Shown: positions 1 through 9,811 of the stretch, piece by piece
How positions within the stretch are numbered: the stretch's first letter is position 1
Layout: every line of letters begins with the position of its first letter
Position numbers and translations under genes: made by a program
The notes under the pieces: model-generated
The model's database searches: none
Told to the model about the DNA's origin: nothing
What the model saw: only the letters and a program-made list of their open reading frames with translations
Assembly: GCA_022820825.1 (NCBI GenBank)
Contig: JAJEEU010000017.1
Coordinates: 17,292-81,291 of the forward strand
Direction of reading: 5' to 3'
Origin: Vicinamibacteria bacterium
GTDB taxonomy: Bacteria; Acidobacteriota; Vicinamibacteria; Vicinamibacterales; UBA8438
Length of the DNA stretch: 64,000 bases

Positions 1-1552
1 TGCCGAGGTGCAGGGCAAGCTGCCGCGCCAGCTCCGTCTTGCCGACGCCCGTGGGCCCCGTGAACAGGAAGGATCCGGCCGGGCGATCGGGCTGTCCCAG
101 ACCGGCGCGCGAGCGCTTGATGGCGGTGACGACCGCTTCTACGGCCCTCTGCTGGCCGAATACAACGCGTTCGAGCGCTTCCTGCAGCGTGCGCAGCCGC
201 TCCTTGTCGGATGCCGACGCCTGCTTCTCCGGGATGCGGGCCATCCGGGCGACGACGCGTTCCAGCGTGCCGGCCGACACCGTGGCGGGCTCGGACTCTT
301 CCGCGGCGGGGCGCTCCAGCGCGAATCCCGCGCCCGCCTCGTCGATCACGTCGAGCGCGCTGTCGGGCAGCCGGGATTCCCGCAGATGGCGGCTCGCCAG
401 CCGCGCGGCGGCCCCGATCGCCTCGTCGCTGTAGCGCACGCCGTGGTGGCTCTCGTAGCGCGAGCGCAGGCCCTCCAGAATGCGGGTCGTCTCCTCGACC
501 GTCGGCTCGTCGACCATTACCTTCTGCAGCCGCCGCGCCAGCGCGCGATCCTTCTCGATCTGCTTGAACTCGTCGAGGGTCGTCGAGCCGATGACGCGCA
601 GCTCGCCGGCGGCCAGCACCGGCTTGATCAATCCGGCCAGATCCATCGTGCCGCCGGTCGTCGCGCCCGCGCCGACCGTGGCGTGCACTTCGTCGATGAA
701 CAGAATGGGCAGCGGATGATCCGCGAGGCTCTCGATGACCGCCTTGAAGCGTTCCTCGAAATCGCCGCGGAAGCGGGTGCCGGCCAGCAGCGCGGCCGTG
801 TCGAGCGCGAACAGCTCGGCGCCCTTCAGACGCGCCGGCGCGTCGTCGGCCGCCAGGAGGATGGCGAGCCCTTCGGCCAGGGCCGTCTTGCCGACGCCGG
901 CGTCGCCGACGAACACCGGGTTGTTCTTGCGCCGCCGGCACAGTATTTCCATCGTCCGGCGCAGCTCGGCGGTGCGCCCGATCAGCGGGTCGAGGCGTCC
1001 CTCCCGCGCCTGCAGGGTGAGGTTGACCGCATACGCGGCCAGCGGGTCGCGCGCCGCGGCCGGCGCATCCTCGCCGCCCGCCGCCGCCCCGCCGTCGGGC
1101 GCTGCTTCCTGGCCCGCGCCCCCCGCCTTCTTCGTGATGCCGTGGGAGATGTAGTTCAGCACGTCGAGCCGCGTGATCCCCTGCGTGTCGAGCAGTTGCG
1201 CGGCGTAGGCCTTCGGCTGCTGGAGGATGGCGGCCAGCACGTCGCCCGAGCGCACCTCGTCGCGGCCGGCGCTCTGCACGTGCAGCACCGCGGTCTGCAG
1301 CACCCGCCGGAACCCGAGCGTCTGGGCCGGCTCGTGCTGGTTGCGCCCGCGCGTCTCGAGCGTGCCCAGGAACTCGTCGAGCGTCCGGCGCAGCACGGGG
1401 AGGTCCGCGCCGCAGCCGGCCAGGATGCGCTCGCCCTCGGGATCGTGCGCGAGGGTGTACAGCAGGTGCTCGAGGGTGAGGTGCGTGTGCCGTCGGGACG
1501 CAGCCTCGCGGTACGCGATATTGAGAATGAGTTCGAGCGATGCGCTGAACAT
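1..1552 (-). CDS. clpA: ATP-dependent Clp protease ATP-binding subunit ClpA (C-terminus runs off window)
   Basis: Minus-strand reading from ATG 1552 gives MFSASLELILNIAYREAASRRHTHLTLEHLLYTL (Clp N-domain). The same frame at the window edge gives PAGSFLFTGPTGVGKTELARQLA (Walker A of the second AAA+ module). Absent from the ORF track because there is no stop inside the window. Lies directly downstream of clpS. Confidence 0.9.
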   Translation of the reverse strand, partial: MFSASLELILNIAYREAASRRHTHLTLEHLLYTLAHDPEGERILAGCGADLPVLRRTLDEFLGTLETRGRNQHEPAQTLGFRRVLQTAVLHVQSAGRDEVRSGDVLAAILQQPKAYAAQLLDTQGITRLDVLNYISHGITKKAGGAGQEAAPDGGAAAGGEDAPAAARDPLAAYAVNLTLQAREGRLDPLIGRTAELRRTMEILCRRRKNNPVFVGDAGVGKTALAEGLAILLAADDAPARLKGAELFALDTAALLAGTRFRGDFEERFKAVIESLADHPLPILFIDEVHATVGAGATTGGTMDLAGLIKPVLAAGELRVIGSTTLDEFKQIEKDRALARRLQKVMVDEPTVEETTRILEGLRSRYESHHGVRYSDEAIGAAARLASRHLRESRLPDSALDVIDEAGAGFALERPAAEESEPATVSAGTLERVVARMARIPEKQASASDKERLRTLQEALERVVFGQQRAVEAVVTAIKRSRAGLGQPDRPAGSFLFTGPTGVGKTELARQLALHLG

Positions 1553-1553
1553 G

Positions 1554-1868
1554 TCACCCTTCTTCGAGCAGGGCCTGCAGCGGAAAACCGTCCCGTTGCG
1601 CGAGCTCGCGCACGCGGGCCGCCTTCGTTTCGGCCACCTCGTACGTATAGACGCCGCACACTGCACGCCCTTGTGTATGAACCTGCATCATCAGCCGAAA
1701 CGCCTCGGCCGGGCCCTTCTGGAACACGTCCTCGAGCACGGCAACCACGAACTCCATCGTCGTGTAGTCGTCGTTCAGCAACACCACCCGGTACAGCTTT
1801 GGCGTGGCGGTCTTGTTCTCTTGCCGCTCGCGGACGTCGCCGCCGGGCTGCATGGGGACTGCCGCCAT
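1554..1868 (-). CDS. clpS: Clp protease adaptor ClpS
   Basis: 104-aa ORF with the core YRVVLLNDDYTTMEFVVAVLEDVF typical of ClpS. Its stop lies 1 nt before the clpA ATG. Confidence 0.95.
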   Translation of the reverse strand: MAAVPMQPGGDVRERQENKTATPKLYRVVLLNDDYTTMEFVVAVLEDVFQKGPAEAFRLMMQVHTQGRAVCGVYTYEVAETKAARVRELAQRDGFPLQALLEEG

Positions 1869-1956
1869 CCACTCCTATCGTAGAACAGACCCGTCTCTCA
1901 CGCCTTGTCGAGCGGTCGGGAGTCCCCGCGCAGGCCGCATAGTAGACTGTGCGGTC

Positions 1957-2883
1957 ATGCACGCGCTCGCCGGGGGGCTTTCGTACTTCGACCTCGAATT
2001 CCTCGGCCGTCCGCGCGTCATCGCCGTCGCCGTCGCGCGCGGCGCGGACGGCGTGGCGCTGATCGATCCCGGCCCGTCGACCTGTCTGGAGCGGTTGCGC
2101 GCCGAGCTGGCGGCGGCGGGCGTCACCGCGGCGGACATCCGGTCCGTGCTGCTGACGCACATCCACCTCGACCATGCCGGGGTGGTCGGGACGCTGGTGC
2201 GGGAGAATCCGGCGATCGAGGTGTACGTGCACGAGCGCGGCGCGCCGCACATGATCGCGCCGGAGCGCCTGCTGTCGAGCGCCGCGCGGCTCTACGGCGC
2301 CGACATGGACCGCTTGTGGGGCGAGTTCCTGCCGGTGCCGGAAGAGAACATCCGCGTCCTGCGCGGCGGCGAGCAAATCACGGCGGGCGGCCGGCGCTTC
2401 GAGGTGGAGTACACGCCGGGCCACGCGTCGCACCACGTCTCGTACTTCGACCGCGCCAGCGGCGTGGCGTTCGTGGGCGACACCGCCGGCGTCCGCACCG
2501 GCCGGGCGCTGTTCGTCATGCCGCCGACGCCGCCGCCGGACATCGACATCGAGGTCTGGATGGAGAGCATCGCACTGATCCGGCGCTGGCGGCCGGCGAC
2601 GCTCTTCGCCACTCACTTCGGCCCGCACGAGGATACGGCGGCGCACCTGGACGCATTCCTGCAGCACCTCGCGGCGCTGGCCGAGCTGGCCCGCGGCCTG
2701 CTGGCGGAGGAGGACGGCGACGCCGAGCGGCTGCGGAAGTTCGTGCACGAGTCGCGCCTCTATCTCCAGCGCCACCTGCCGGTCGAGGAAGTCGATCTGT
2801 ACGACTTCGCGGCGCCGCTGACGCTCGGCTGGCTCGGGCTGCAGCGCTACTGGCGCAAGCGCGGCGCGGGTGCAGGCAGTTGA
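1957..2883 (+). CDS. MBL-fold metallo-hydrolase
   Basis: THIHLDHAG (HxHxDH) metal motif, with later GHASHH and a conserved D. Start placed at the internal Met MHALAGGL because the upstream part of ORF 1804..2883 overlaps clpS antisense. Confidence 0.85.
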   Translation: MHALAGGLSYFDLEFLGRPRVIAVAVARGADGVALIDPGPSTCLERLRAELAAAGVTAADIRSVLLTHIHLDHAGVVGTLVRENPAIEVYVHERGAPHMIAPERLLSSAARLYGADMDRLWGEFLPVPEENIRVLRGGEQITAGGRRFEVEYTPGHASHHVSYFDRASGVAFVGDTAGVRTGRALFVMPPTPPPDIDIEVWMESIALIRRWRPATLFATHFGPHEDTAAHLDAFLQHLAALAELARGLLAEEDGDAERLRKFVHESRLYLQRHLPVEEVDLYDFAAPLTLGWLGLQRYWRKRGAGAGS

Positions 2884-3374
2884 GCGCGCGCAAGACGCTG
2901 TACCTGGCCAACCCGTACGGCTTTTCCGACCAGCAGCAAGCCGGTCCGCTGGCGGAGCTCGTTACCGCGCTCGACGCCGTCGGGGCGGAGGTCTGGGAGC
3001 CGTTCACCCGCAACAACCAGGTCGACAGGGCGGCAGCCGGCTGGGCCTGGCGCATCGCGCAGGCCGACGTGCGCGACGTGCGCGCGGCCGACGGGATCTT
3101 CGCGGTGGTGAACGGCTGCCCGCCGGACGAAGGCGTCATGGTGGAGCTGGGCCTCGCGATCGCCTGGGGCAAGCCGACTTTCCTGTTCCGGGACGATTTC
3201 CGCCGCTGCACCGACAGCGAGGAGTATCCGCTCAACCTGATGCTGTTCGCCGGACTCCCGCAGGCGGGCTGGGAAGCGTACTGGTACGGCTCCGTGAAGG
3301 AGATTGCCGACCCCGACAAGGCGCTCGCGCGCTGGCTGCGCGGCGAGCAACTCCGGGGTCCCTGGATCACCTGA
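2880..3374 (+). CDS. nucleoside 2-deoxyribosyltransferase-like protein
   Basis: C-terminal part of track ORF 1905..3374. KTLYLANPYGF N-terminus and GIFAVVNGCPPDEGVMVELGLAIAWGKPTFLF resemble the NDT/Rcl fold. Putative TTG start overlaps the MBL stop (TTGA). Confidence 0.55.
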   Translation: MSARKTLYLANPYGFSDQQQAGPLAELVTALDAVGAEVWEPFTRNNQVDRAAAGWAWRIAQADVRDVRAADGIFAVVNGCPPDEGVMVELGLAIAWGKPTFLFRDDFRRCTDSEEYPLNLMLFAGLPQAGWEAYWYGSVKEIADPDKALARWLRGEQLRGPWIT

Positions 3375-3388
3375 TCCCGCAGCGCGGA

Positions 3389-4705
3389 TCAGCCGCCGGA
3401 TGTCGGCACTGCATTGCCGGCGATCCAGACCGACTCGACGCTGCGGGTGTTGCGGATGTCGTCGAGCGGGTTGGCGCCCAGCACGACGAAGTCGGCCCAC
3501 CTGCCCGCCGCCAGCGTCCCGACCTCGCCGTCGATCTGCAGGCAGCGCGCGGCGTCGCCGGTGGCGGCCACGATCGTCTGCATCGGCGACAGGCCCGACT
3601 CCACCATCAGGTCGAGCTCGCCGTGCTCGAAGTAGCCCTGGAACCGCGCGGCCGGGCCCGTGTCCGTACCCATGGCGATGCGCACGCCGGCGTCGGCCAG
3701 CGCCTTCAGGTTCGACTTGGCCTGCTCCAGCGCCACCTTGTAGGTCTGCGCGCTGCTGCTGTCGCGGATGCGCTGCTGGTACTCCGGCGCTTCCAGCGCC
3801 TGCACGACGGCCGGGTCCACTTCCCGCAGGAAGAACGGGTCGTCGAACCAGTCGGGCCGCTCCTCGTAAACGAAGGTCGACACCTCGCGCATCAGCGTCG
3901 GGCAGTAGCAGACGTCCTGTTCCATGAGCGTGGCTGCCAGATCGTCGTACACCGGCTGGTCGCGCACGCTGTGGGCGATCAGGTCCGCGCCGGCGGCGAG
4001 CAGCCCCTTGGCGTCGTCCAGGTAGTAGAGGTGCGCGGCGACGCGCAGGCCGCGCGCGTGGGCCTGCTCGATGACCGCCGCGTACACGTCGGGCGGCATC
4101 TTCTGCGTCGCGCCCAGGTTGTCGTCCACGCGGATCTTGACGATGTCGGCGCCCATGTCGGCCACGGCGTTCACCTGCTCGACCGCCTCCTCGACGGATG
4201 CCGGGTTGACCACCGGTCCGGAGAGGTACAGCCGCGCGCGGTCGAGGCCGGCGTCCTGCCGGTCACGGACGGCCACCCCGGCGGGCCCGCCGCCGCCCAG
4301 GCTGAGCACGGTCGTCACGCCGTAGCGGGCGTAGCGCGCCAGTTGATCCTCGACGTGGGCCTCGGTGTAGAAGGCGGGGTCGGCTTCGAGGCCGCGCACG
4401 TTGTTGACGTGGCCGTGCGCGTTGATCAGGCCGGGGATGACGGTGCGGCCGGAGAGGTCGATCTGCTGCGCGTCAGCCGGGACGTCAACCGCGCCGGCTG
4501 CGCCAGCCGCGGCAATCCGGCCGTCGCGGACGACGAGCACGCCGTCTTCGACAACGCCTCCGTCGCCGTCGATCAGCCGGGCGCCGGTGAACGCCAGCAA
4601 ACCGGGAGTCGGCTCGACCGGCTCCGGTGCCGGCGCCGCACACTGCGCCGCCGCGGCGCACAGCGCCGTCACGAGGATCACACGCGTGGTGGTCTTCTCA
4701 TGCAT
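3389..4705 (-). CDS. secreted amidohydrolase family protein
   Basis: 438 aa with an N-terminal signal-like segment (VILVTALCAAAAQCAAP), INAHGHV (HxH) metal motif, and later AHLYY and GTDTG elements of the amidohydrolase TIM barrel. Confidence 0.85.
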   Translation of the reverse strand: MHEKTTTRVILVTALCAAAAQCAAPAPEPVEPTPGLLAFTGARLIDGDGGVVEDGVLVVRDGRIAAAGAAGAVDVPADAQQIDLSGRTVIPGLINAHGHVNNVRGLEADPAFYTEAHVEDQLARYARYGVTTVLSLGGGGPAGVAVRDRQDAGLDRARLYLSGPVVNPASVEEAVEQVNAVADMGADIVKIRVDDNLGATQKMPPDVYAAVIEQAHARGLRVAAHLYYLDDAKGLLAAGADLIAHSVRDQPVYDDLAATLMEQDVCYCPTLMREVSTFVYEERPDWFDDPFFLREVDPAVVQALEAPEYQQRIRDSSSAQTYKVALEQAKSNLKALADAGVRIAMGTDTGPAARFQGYFEHGELDLMVESGLSPMQTIVAATGDAARCLQIDGEVGTLAAGRWADFVVLGANPLDDIRNTRSVESVWIAGNAVPTSGG

Positions 4706-4733
4706 TGTGGATCTCCCGGGCGCGGCCGGGCCG

Positions 4734-7469
4734 TCAGTTCTGGCTGCTGGCGCCGTCGAGCTGCTCGAGCACGTCGCCCAGCAGACGGATCTCGTCGCCG
4801 TATACCGCCCAGTCGCCCTGCCGCTGCGCCTGGATGGCGCGCGAATAGTGCTCCTGCGCCTGGCGCGCCAGCGCCGGAATGGCCGTGGCGGGCAGTTGCG
4901 GCGGCGCGGGCACCGCTACGTCCGCCGCGAGGGCGACCGGCGCGCCGCCGGCATCGGCGACCAGGGTGGTCTCCGGCATGGCGGGCGCATCGACCGGTTC
5001 GCCGAACAGTTGCGCCAGCGCCTCGTCCAGCGTCTCTTCCATCACGATCTGGTTCTGGTAGGCGACGATCACGCGCTTCAACTCCGGGATGCGGCCCCCG
5101 GACGCGCGCAGGTAGAGCGGCCGGATGTACAGCAGCGCTTCCTCGATCGGGATCACCAGCAGCGTGCCCTGGATCACCTCGGACCCCTGCTGGTTCCACA
5201 GCGTGATCTGCGGCGAGATTTCCTGGTCCTGGTTGATGCGGGCGACGATCTGCGACGGCCCGAACACCACTTTCTGCTTCGGGAACTGGAACACGAGCAT
5301 CTTGCCGTAGTTCTCGCCGTCGCTGCGCGCCACCATCCAGGCCGCCAGGTTGTTCTTGCCGCGCGGCGTGAACGGCAGCATCTGGATGAACTCGGCGCGC
5401 TCCTCGCCCGGCAGGCGCATGACCGTGTAGTACGGCTCCATCTGCTCGGCGTCGATCACCGGCACTTCCCACTCGTCTTCGCGGTTGTAGAAGACGGCCG
5501 GATTGGTCATGTGGTAGGTCGAGTACGTCGCGGCCTGCAGCGCGAATATCCCCTCCGGATAGCGGACGTGACTGCGCAGCGAGGGGGGCATCGCGTCGAG
5601 CGGCTGCAGCAGCCCGGGGAACACGTTGCCCAGCGTCGCGGCCAGCGGATCGTCCGGCTGCGCGAGATAGAACGTCGTGGTGCCGTTGTAGGCGTCGATC
5701 ACCACCTTCACCGAGTTGCGGATGTAGTTGATGCTGCCGCCGATCGGCGTCGCGTACGGATATTCGCCCGTCGCCGTGTACGCATCCCGGATCCAGAAAA
5801 GCCGTCCGTCCGCGATTACCAGGTACGGATCCGAGTCGTAGCGCAGGAACGGCGCGATGGTGCCGACGCGGTCGGCGATGTTGCGGTGGAACAGGATGCG
5901 GCTGTCGGCGGTGAGCTGGCCGCTGACCAGGATCTCGTACGAACGGAAACGCAGGCTGAACAGCGCGCGCCGGAGGATGTTGTCCAGCCGGATCCCGCCC
6001 GTTCCCTCGTAGCGCGTCGACACGTTGTCGTCGCCCTGCGGGTAGTGGAACTCGTCGGTCCGCGTGTTCACCAGCACGTATTCGTTGGACAGCTCGCCGT
6101 AGTAGATGCTCGGCTGTTCCACGGACAGGTCGGTGTCGGAGCGCGGCGGCAGATCCCGGATGAACAGCACCGGCAGCCCTTCCTGCGTCACCTGGTTCAC
6201 CGGGCCGAGCGCCACGCCGAACCCGTGCGTGTACTGCAGGTGCTCGTTGACCCACGAGCGGTTGGGCAGGCTGTCGGAGGACAGCTCGCGGCTGGACACC
6301 ATGGTCTGGCGGTACTCGCCGTCCACGACGTAGCGGTCGTTGTCGACCGACGCGAACTGGTAGTAGGTCCGGATCTCCTGGATCTGGCTGAAGGTGTCGA
6401 GCAGCGGCTGGTGGTCCCACAGCCGGACGTTGTTGATGGTCTCCTCGTTGTCGGCGATGTCCTGGAGCGTCAGGGTGGCGTCGCCCGACACCTGGCGCTC
6501 CTCGACCTCATCCAGGTCGAACGCCATGCGTGTGGCGGCGATGTTGCGCGCGATGTAGGGCGCTTCCTTCTGCTGCTCGTCCGGGGTCACGACGAGCTGC
6601 TGGACCGCGGCCGCCACGCCGTTGCCGCCGAGCAGCACGACGAGGTAGCCGGCGACGGCGGCGCCGAGCGGCCAGTTGGAGGAGCTGCGGGCGGAGTACG
6701 CGGCGGCCACCGCGCCGAGGCCGGCCACGAGCATCAGGACCTGCAGCGCCGGCAGCCGCACCGTGACGTCCACGTACGACGCGCCGTGGATGATGCCGGC
6801 CGGCGTCGTCAGCATCCGCGGCATGTCGAGGTACGCGCCGGCGGCCAGCAGCAGGAACACGGCGGCGATCAGCAGCGCCAGGTGCTGCCGCGCCCGGGGA
6901 TCCACGTTCAGCCCCTGCGGCGTGAGCCCCAGCCGTCCGGAAAGCGCGTAGAGCGCGCCGGCGCCGATCAGCGACAGCACCACGACGGCCATCAGGAGAT
7001 AGCGGCCGGCGTCGAGCAGCGGCAGGGTGAAGATGTAGAACGCAGCGTCGCGTCCGAACAGCGGGTCGGCCTCGCCGAACGGCACGGCGTTGAGGAACCG
7101 CAGCACGACCAGCCACTGGGCGGACGCGACGCTGGCGACGAACAGGCCGGCCAGCAGCGCGACTCCGGCCGTGAGCCAGCGCAGATGTTGCGGCTCGATG
7201 ACGAGCGGCGGCACGTCGCCGCTGCCGGGGAACACCACCTGCGAGCGGCTGGCGCCGCCGAGGGCGAGCCGCAGGTTGCCGAGCAGGACGACGAATACGG
7301 CCGCGAAGACCGCGAGGCCCAGCAGCCCGCGCGTCGTGAGGCTCTTGAGAAAGACGGACTGGTAGCCGGTTTCTCCGAACCACAGCCACTCGGTGTAGAG
7401 CTGCGCGAACGATGGCAGCGCCACCAGGAGGAGCAGTGCGATCAAGGCGCCGAGGAACCTGACAGGCAT
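4734..7469 (-). CDS. UPF0182 family polytopic membrane protein
   Basis: 911 aa. N-terminus YTEWLWFGETGYQSVF followed by multiple TM helices and a large soluble C-terminal region, as in the UPF0182 family. Confidence 0.8.
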   Translation of the reverse strand: MPVRFLGALIALLLLVALPSFAQLYTEWLWFGETGYQSVFLKSLTTRGLLGLAVFAAVFVVLLGNLRLALGGASRSQVVFPGSGDVPPLVIEPQHLRWLTAGVALLAGLFVASVASAQWLVVLRFLNAVPFGEADPLFGRDAAFYIFTLPLLDAGRYLLMAVVVLSLIGAGALYALSGRLGLTPQGLNVDPRARQHLALLIAAVFLLLAAGAYLDMPRMLTTPAGIIHGASYVDVTVRLPALQVLMLVAGLGAVAAAYSARSSSNWPLGAAVAGYLVVLLGGNGVAAAVQQLVVTPDEQQKEAPYIARNIAATRMAFDLDEVEERQVSGDATLTLQDIADNEETINNVRLWDHQPLLDTFSQIQEIRTYYQFASVDNDRYVVDGEYRQTMVSSRELSSDSLPNRSWVNEHLQYTHGFGVALGPVNQVTQEGLPVLFIRDLPPRSDTDLSVEQPSIYYGELSNEYVLVNTRTDEFHYPQGDDNVSTRYEGTGGIRLDNILRRALFSLRFRSYEILVSGQLTADSRILFHRNIADRVGTIAPFLRYDSDPYLVIADGRLFWIRDAYTATGEYPYATPIGGSINYIRNSVKVVIDAYNGTTTFYLAQPDDPLAATLGNVFPGLLQPLDAMPPSLRSHVRYPEGIFALQAATYSTYHMTNPAVFYNREDEWEVPVIDAEQMEPYYTVMRLPGEERAEFIQMLPFTPRGKNNLAAWMVARSDGENYGKMLVFQFPKQKVVFGPSQIVARINQDQEISPQITLWNQQGSEVIQGTLLVIPIEEALLYIRPLYLRASGGRIPELKRVIVAYQNQIVMEETLDEALAQLFGEPVDAPAMPETTLVADAGGAPVALAADVAVPAPPQLPATAIPALARQAQEHYSRAIQAQRQGDWAVYGDEIRLLGDVLEQLDGASSQN

Positions 7470-7526
7470 GAGTATCGACTCCCCGGACAGCGTACGTGAG
7501 TCTGTCGGGCTAACGCAACAGAAACG

Positions 7527-8516
7527 CTACCACTCTTCCATCTCGAACTTGATCCCGCTGCGGTTGGCGGTCTCCTCGATGTCGGCCATCGACCAGGGGT
7601 TGCCGCAGGTCATGATGAGCGAGCGGGCGGGGTCGAACCGGTCCTGGAGCCCCTGCACGGACAGGTGCTTCGGCAGCTCCGGCCGCGGCGTGCGCTGCAT
7701 GCCCGCCTCCGCGCGCGCCAGATCGCCCTTGCCCGCCCGGGCGGCGGCCAGCACTTCTTCCTCCTTCATCGGCTGCCCGAAGATGTGCCGCAGGACGTTG
7801 TTGGCGCGGCCCACCCCCATGCCGTCGTCCTCGATGTCGCGCTGGGTCGGCCGGCTGACGGTCGGCACGTAGACGAAGTCGAAGGCGCCCGACTTCTCCA
7901 TGTCGAGCAGCTCCTGGTGGTAGGCCAGCTCTTCATACGTGCGGTTCGTGTGGAGGATCGTGTACTTCGTCTGGTCGCCGCCGCCGTTCTGCGCCTCGTG
8001 GTGGAGCTGCTTGGCCATGGCGATGAACGGGGCCAGCCCGGTGCCCGTCCCGACCATCATCACGCTGTCGAAGCCGGCGGCGCGGTGATCCAGCGTGAAG
8101 TTGCCGGTGATGCGGTCGAAGTAGGTGATCTTGTTGTCCGTCTCGGGGTCCATGTTCATGAACACCGAGCTGAGCCGGCCGTACTCGCCCTTCTTGATCA
8201 CCTCCAGCACGACGTAGAACTCCAGCCAGCCGTGTTCCTCCTGCTCCCACGGCGCCGACGCAATCGAATAGGAGTGGGTCACCGGGCCGATCTTCTGGTT
8301 GCCGTCCTCGTCGAGGGCCGGGCCGTACATCCACGACCCGTCGTCGGCCTTGCCGAGCTTCTTCGTCAGCTTGCAGTCGTCGCGCCGCAGCGCGATGTAC
8401 TGCCCGGCCTTCGAGGGGGGAAACAGACTGCCGTCCTCGGGCATCAGCCTGAAGATCGTCAGGATTGGAGAGAGATCCTGCTTGTACGTTACCGTGCCGA
8501 CTTTCCGTCCTGCCAT
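7527..8516 (-). CDS. ferredoxin-NADP reductase-like FAD/NAD(P)-binding oxidoreductase
   Basis: HSYSIAS (RxYS-type FAD site) and MVGTGTGLAPF (NAD(P) site). Start moved to MAGRKVG (ATG 8516), which is preceded by GAAAGGA. Confidence 0.8.
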   Translation of the reverse strand: MAGRKVGTVTYKQDLSPILTIFRLMPEDGSLFPPSKAGQYIALRRDDCKLTKKLGKADDGSWMYGPALDEDGNQKIGPVTHSYSIASAPWEQEEHGWLEFYVVLEVIKKGEYGRLSSVFMNMDPETDNKITYFDRITGNFTLDHRAAGFDSVMMVGTGTGLAPFIAMAKQLHHEAQNGGGDQTKYTILHTNRTYEELAYHQELLDMEKSGAFDFVYVPTVSRPTQRDIEDDGMGVGRANNVLRHIFGQPMKEEEVLAAARAGKGDLARAEAGMQRTPRPELPKHLSVQGLQDRFDPARSLIMTCGNPWSMADIEETANRSGIKFEMEEW

Positions 8517-8683
8517 CTGGGTCCTTTCACCGGGGAAACTACGTGGCCGCCCGGCCGCGATCACCCGAGCGGATGCAACTGCACAGGATCCCGTATTGCC
8601 CGATCCGCTGTCAACTCGGCGCGCCCACCAGTAGACAAATCGCGTAGTGTGCTATAGAACAGGCAGCGCAGCCCCAGATAACG

Positions 8684-9115
8684 ATGACTCGAAAGTATCA
8701 GCAGCGCGGCTACCAGGAAGACGACCGCGAGCGCGAGCAGGAGCCGCGGAAGGAGCAGAGCCGCGAGCACGGTCCGCGCAGGCGGTACGGCCCGCGCGAG
8801 CCGCGCGCGGTCAACATGCCGAGCTTCCGCGAGGTGTCGAAGTGCTCCCGCTGCGGCCGGCAGATCGACACGCCCGCCGGCATGAACGACATCTGCCCCG
8901 GGTGCGGGAGCGACATCCACGCCTGCGCCCAGTGCTCCTGGTTCGATACGTCCAGCCGCTTCGAATGCGGCCAGCCCATTCCAGCCCGCGTCAGCTCGAA
9001 GCAGAGCCGCAACACCTGCACGTTCTTCGAGGTGCGCGTCACCGTCGAGCGCGATACGCACTCGTCGGTGGGTCCGCGGACCGCCCGCCAGGCGTTCGAC
9101 GACCTGTTCAAGTGA
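8684..9115 (+). CDS. zinc-ribbon protein, function unknown
   Basis: 143 aa with a basic low-complexity N-terminus. Cys pairs CSRCGR...CPGCGS...CAQCSW suggest zinc ribbons. Confidence 0.55.
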   Translation: MTRKYQQRGYQEDDREREQEPRKEQSREHGPRRRYGPREPRAVNMPSFREVSKCSRCGRQIDTPAGMNDICPGCGSDIHACAQCSWFDTSSRFECGQPIPARVSSKQSRNTCTFFEVRVTVERDTHSSVGPRTARQAFDDLFK

Positions 9116-9132
9116 CACGCCGCTAGCCACCC

Positions 9133-9810
9133 GTGATGTCCCTCGGCCCGCGCGACGTCATCGACCGGCTGGCGGCGTTGCCCGACCCGGTGCGCCTGGT
9201 GTTCTTCACGCAGACGTTCGGTTGCGACACCTGCCTGCAGGCCGAGCTGGCGCTCGACGAGATCGCCCGGCTGTCCGAGCGAGTGAGCGTGGAGAAGTAC
9301 AACCTGGTGCTCGACCGGGAGCAGGCGGCGGAGTTCGGCATCGACCGCGCGCCGGCGGTCGCGATCGTCGGCGCCGCGGACCGCGGGCTGCGCTACTTCG
9401 GAACGCCGGCAGGGCACGAGGTGCAGTCGCTGGTCGACGCCATCCTGGTGGCCGGAGGCGGAGCCGGCGAGGGGAGCGGGCTCTCGGCGGCCAGCCTGGC
9501 GGCGGCCGCGGCCGTCGACCGGGCGGTGGAGATCAAGGTGTTCGTGACGGCCTCCTGCGTCTACTGCCCCCAAGCCGCCGGCCTCGCGTACCGCCTGGCG
9601 GCCGCCAGCCCCCACATTTCGGCCACGGTCATCGAGGCGACCGAGTTCCCCGATCTGGCCCGGCGCTATCGGGTCTCCGGCGTGCCGAAGACGGTGGTCG
9701 ACGACCGCGTGGAGCTGCTCGGCATACAGCCGGAAGGCGACTTCGTACGGTCCGTGCTGCAACTCGATGCGCCCGCCGCCCCCGGCTCCGGAGCGGCCGA
9801 TCAATCCTGA
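9133..9810 (+). CDS. two-domain glutaredoxin/thioredoxin-like protein disulfide oxidoreductase
   Basis: 225 aa with two thioredoxin-fold halves carrying CDTC and CVYC (CxxC). VSGVPKTVV is a cis-Pro loop-like element. Confidence 0.75.
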   Translation: MMSLGPRDVIDRLAALPDPVRLVFFTQTFGCDTCLQAELALDEIARLSERVSVEKYNLVLDREQAAEFGIDRAPAVAIVGAADRGLRYFGTPAGHEVQSLVDAILVAGGGAGEGSGLSAASLAAAAAVDRAVEIKVFVTASCVYCPQAAGLAYRLAAASPHISATVIEATEFPDLARRYRVSGVPKTVVDDRVELLGIQPEGDFVRSVLQLDAPAAPGSGAADQS

Positions 9811-9811
9811 C

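Noticed and set aside
8-1942. 644-aa plus-strand ORF (and nested ORFs 39..434, 211..567, 735..1154, 1227..1883) across the first 2 kb
   Set aside because: It is antisense to clpA/clpS, whose motifs (Clp_N, Walker A, ClpS core) read clearly on the minus strand. Its Arg/Ala/Gly/Pro-rich composition is typical of off-frame GC-rich DNA.
2880-3374. Nucleoside 2-deoxyribosyltransferase-like gene considered as a defence or nucleotide-signalling effector
   Set aside because: It sits in high-GC housekeeping context, overlapping the stop of the MBL hydrolase gene (TTGA). No partner sensor or cyclase genes are nearby.
4401-7499. 1032-aa plus-strand ORF, plus 2870..5206 (778 aa) and 4678..6420 minus (580 aa)
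   Set aside because: They overlap the well-supported amidohydrolase and UPF0182 genes in other frames or on the other strand. They are low-complexity R/A/G/P/H-rich translations with no motifs.
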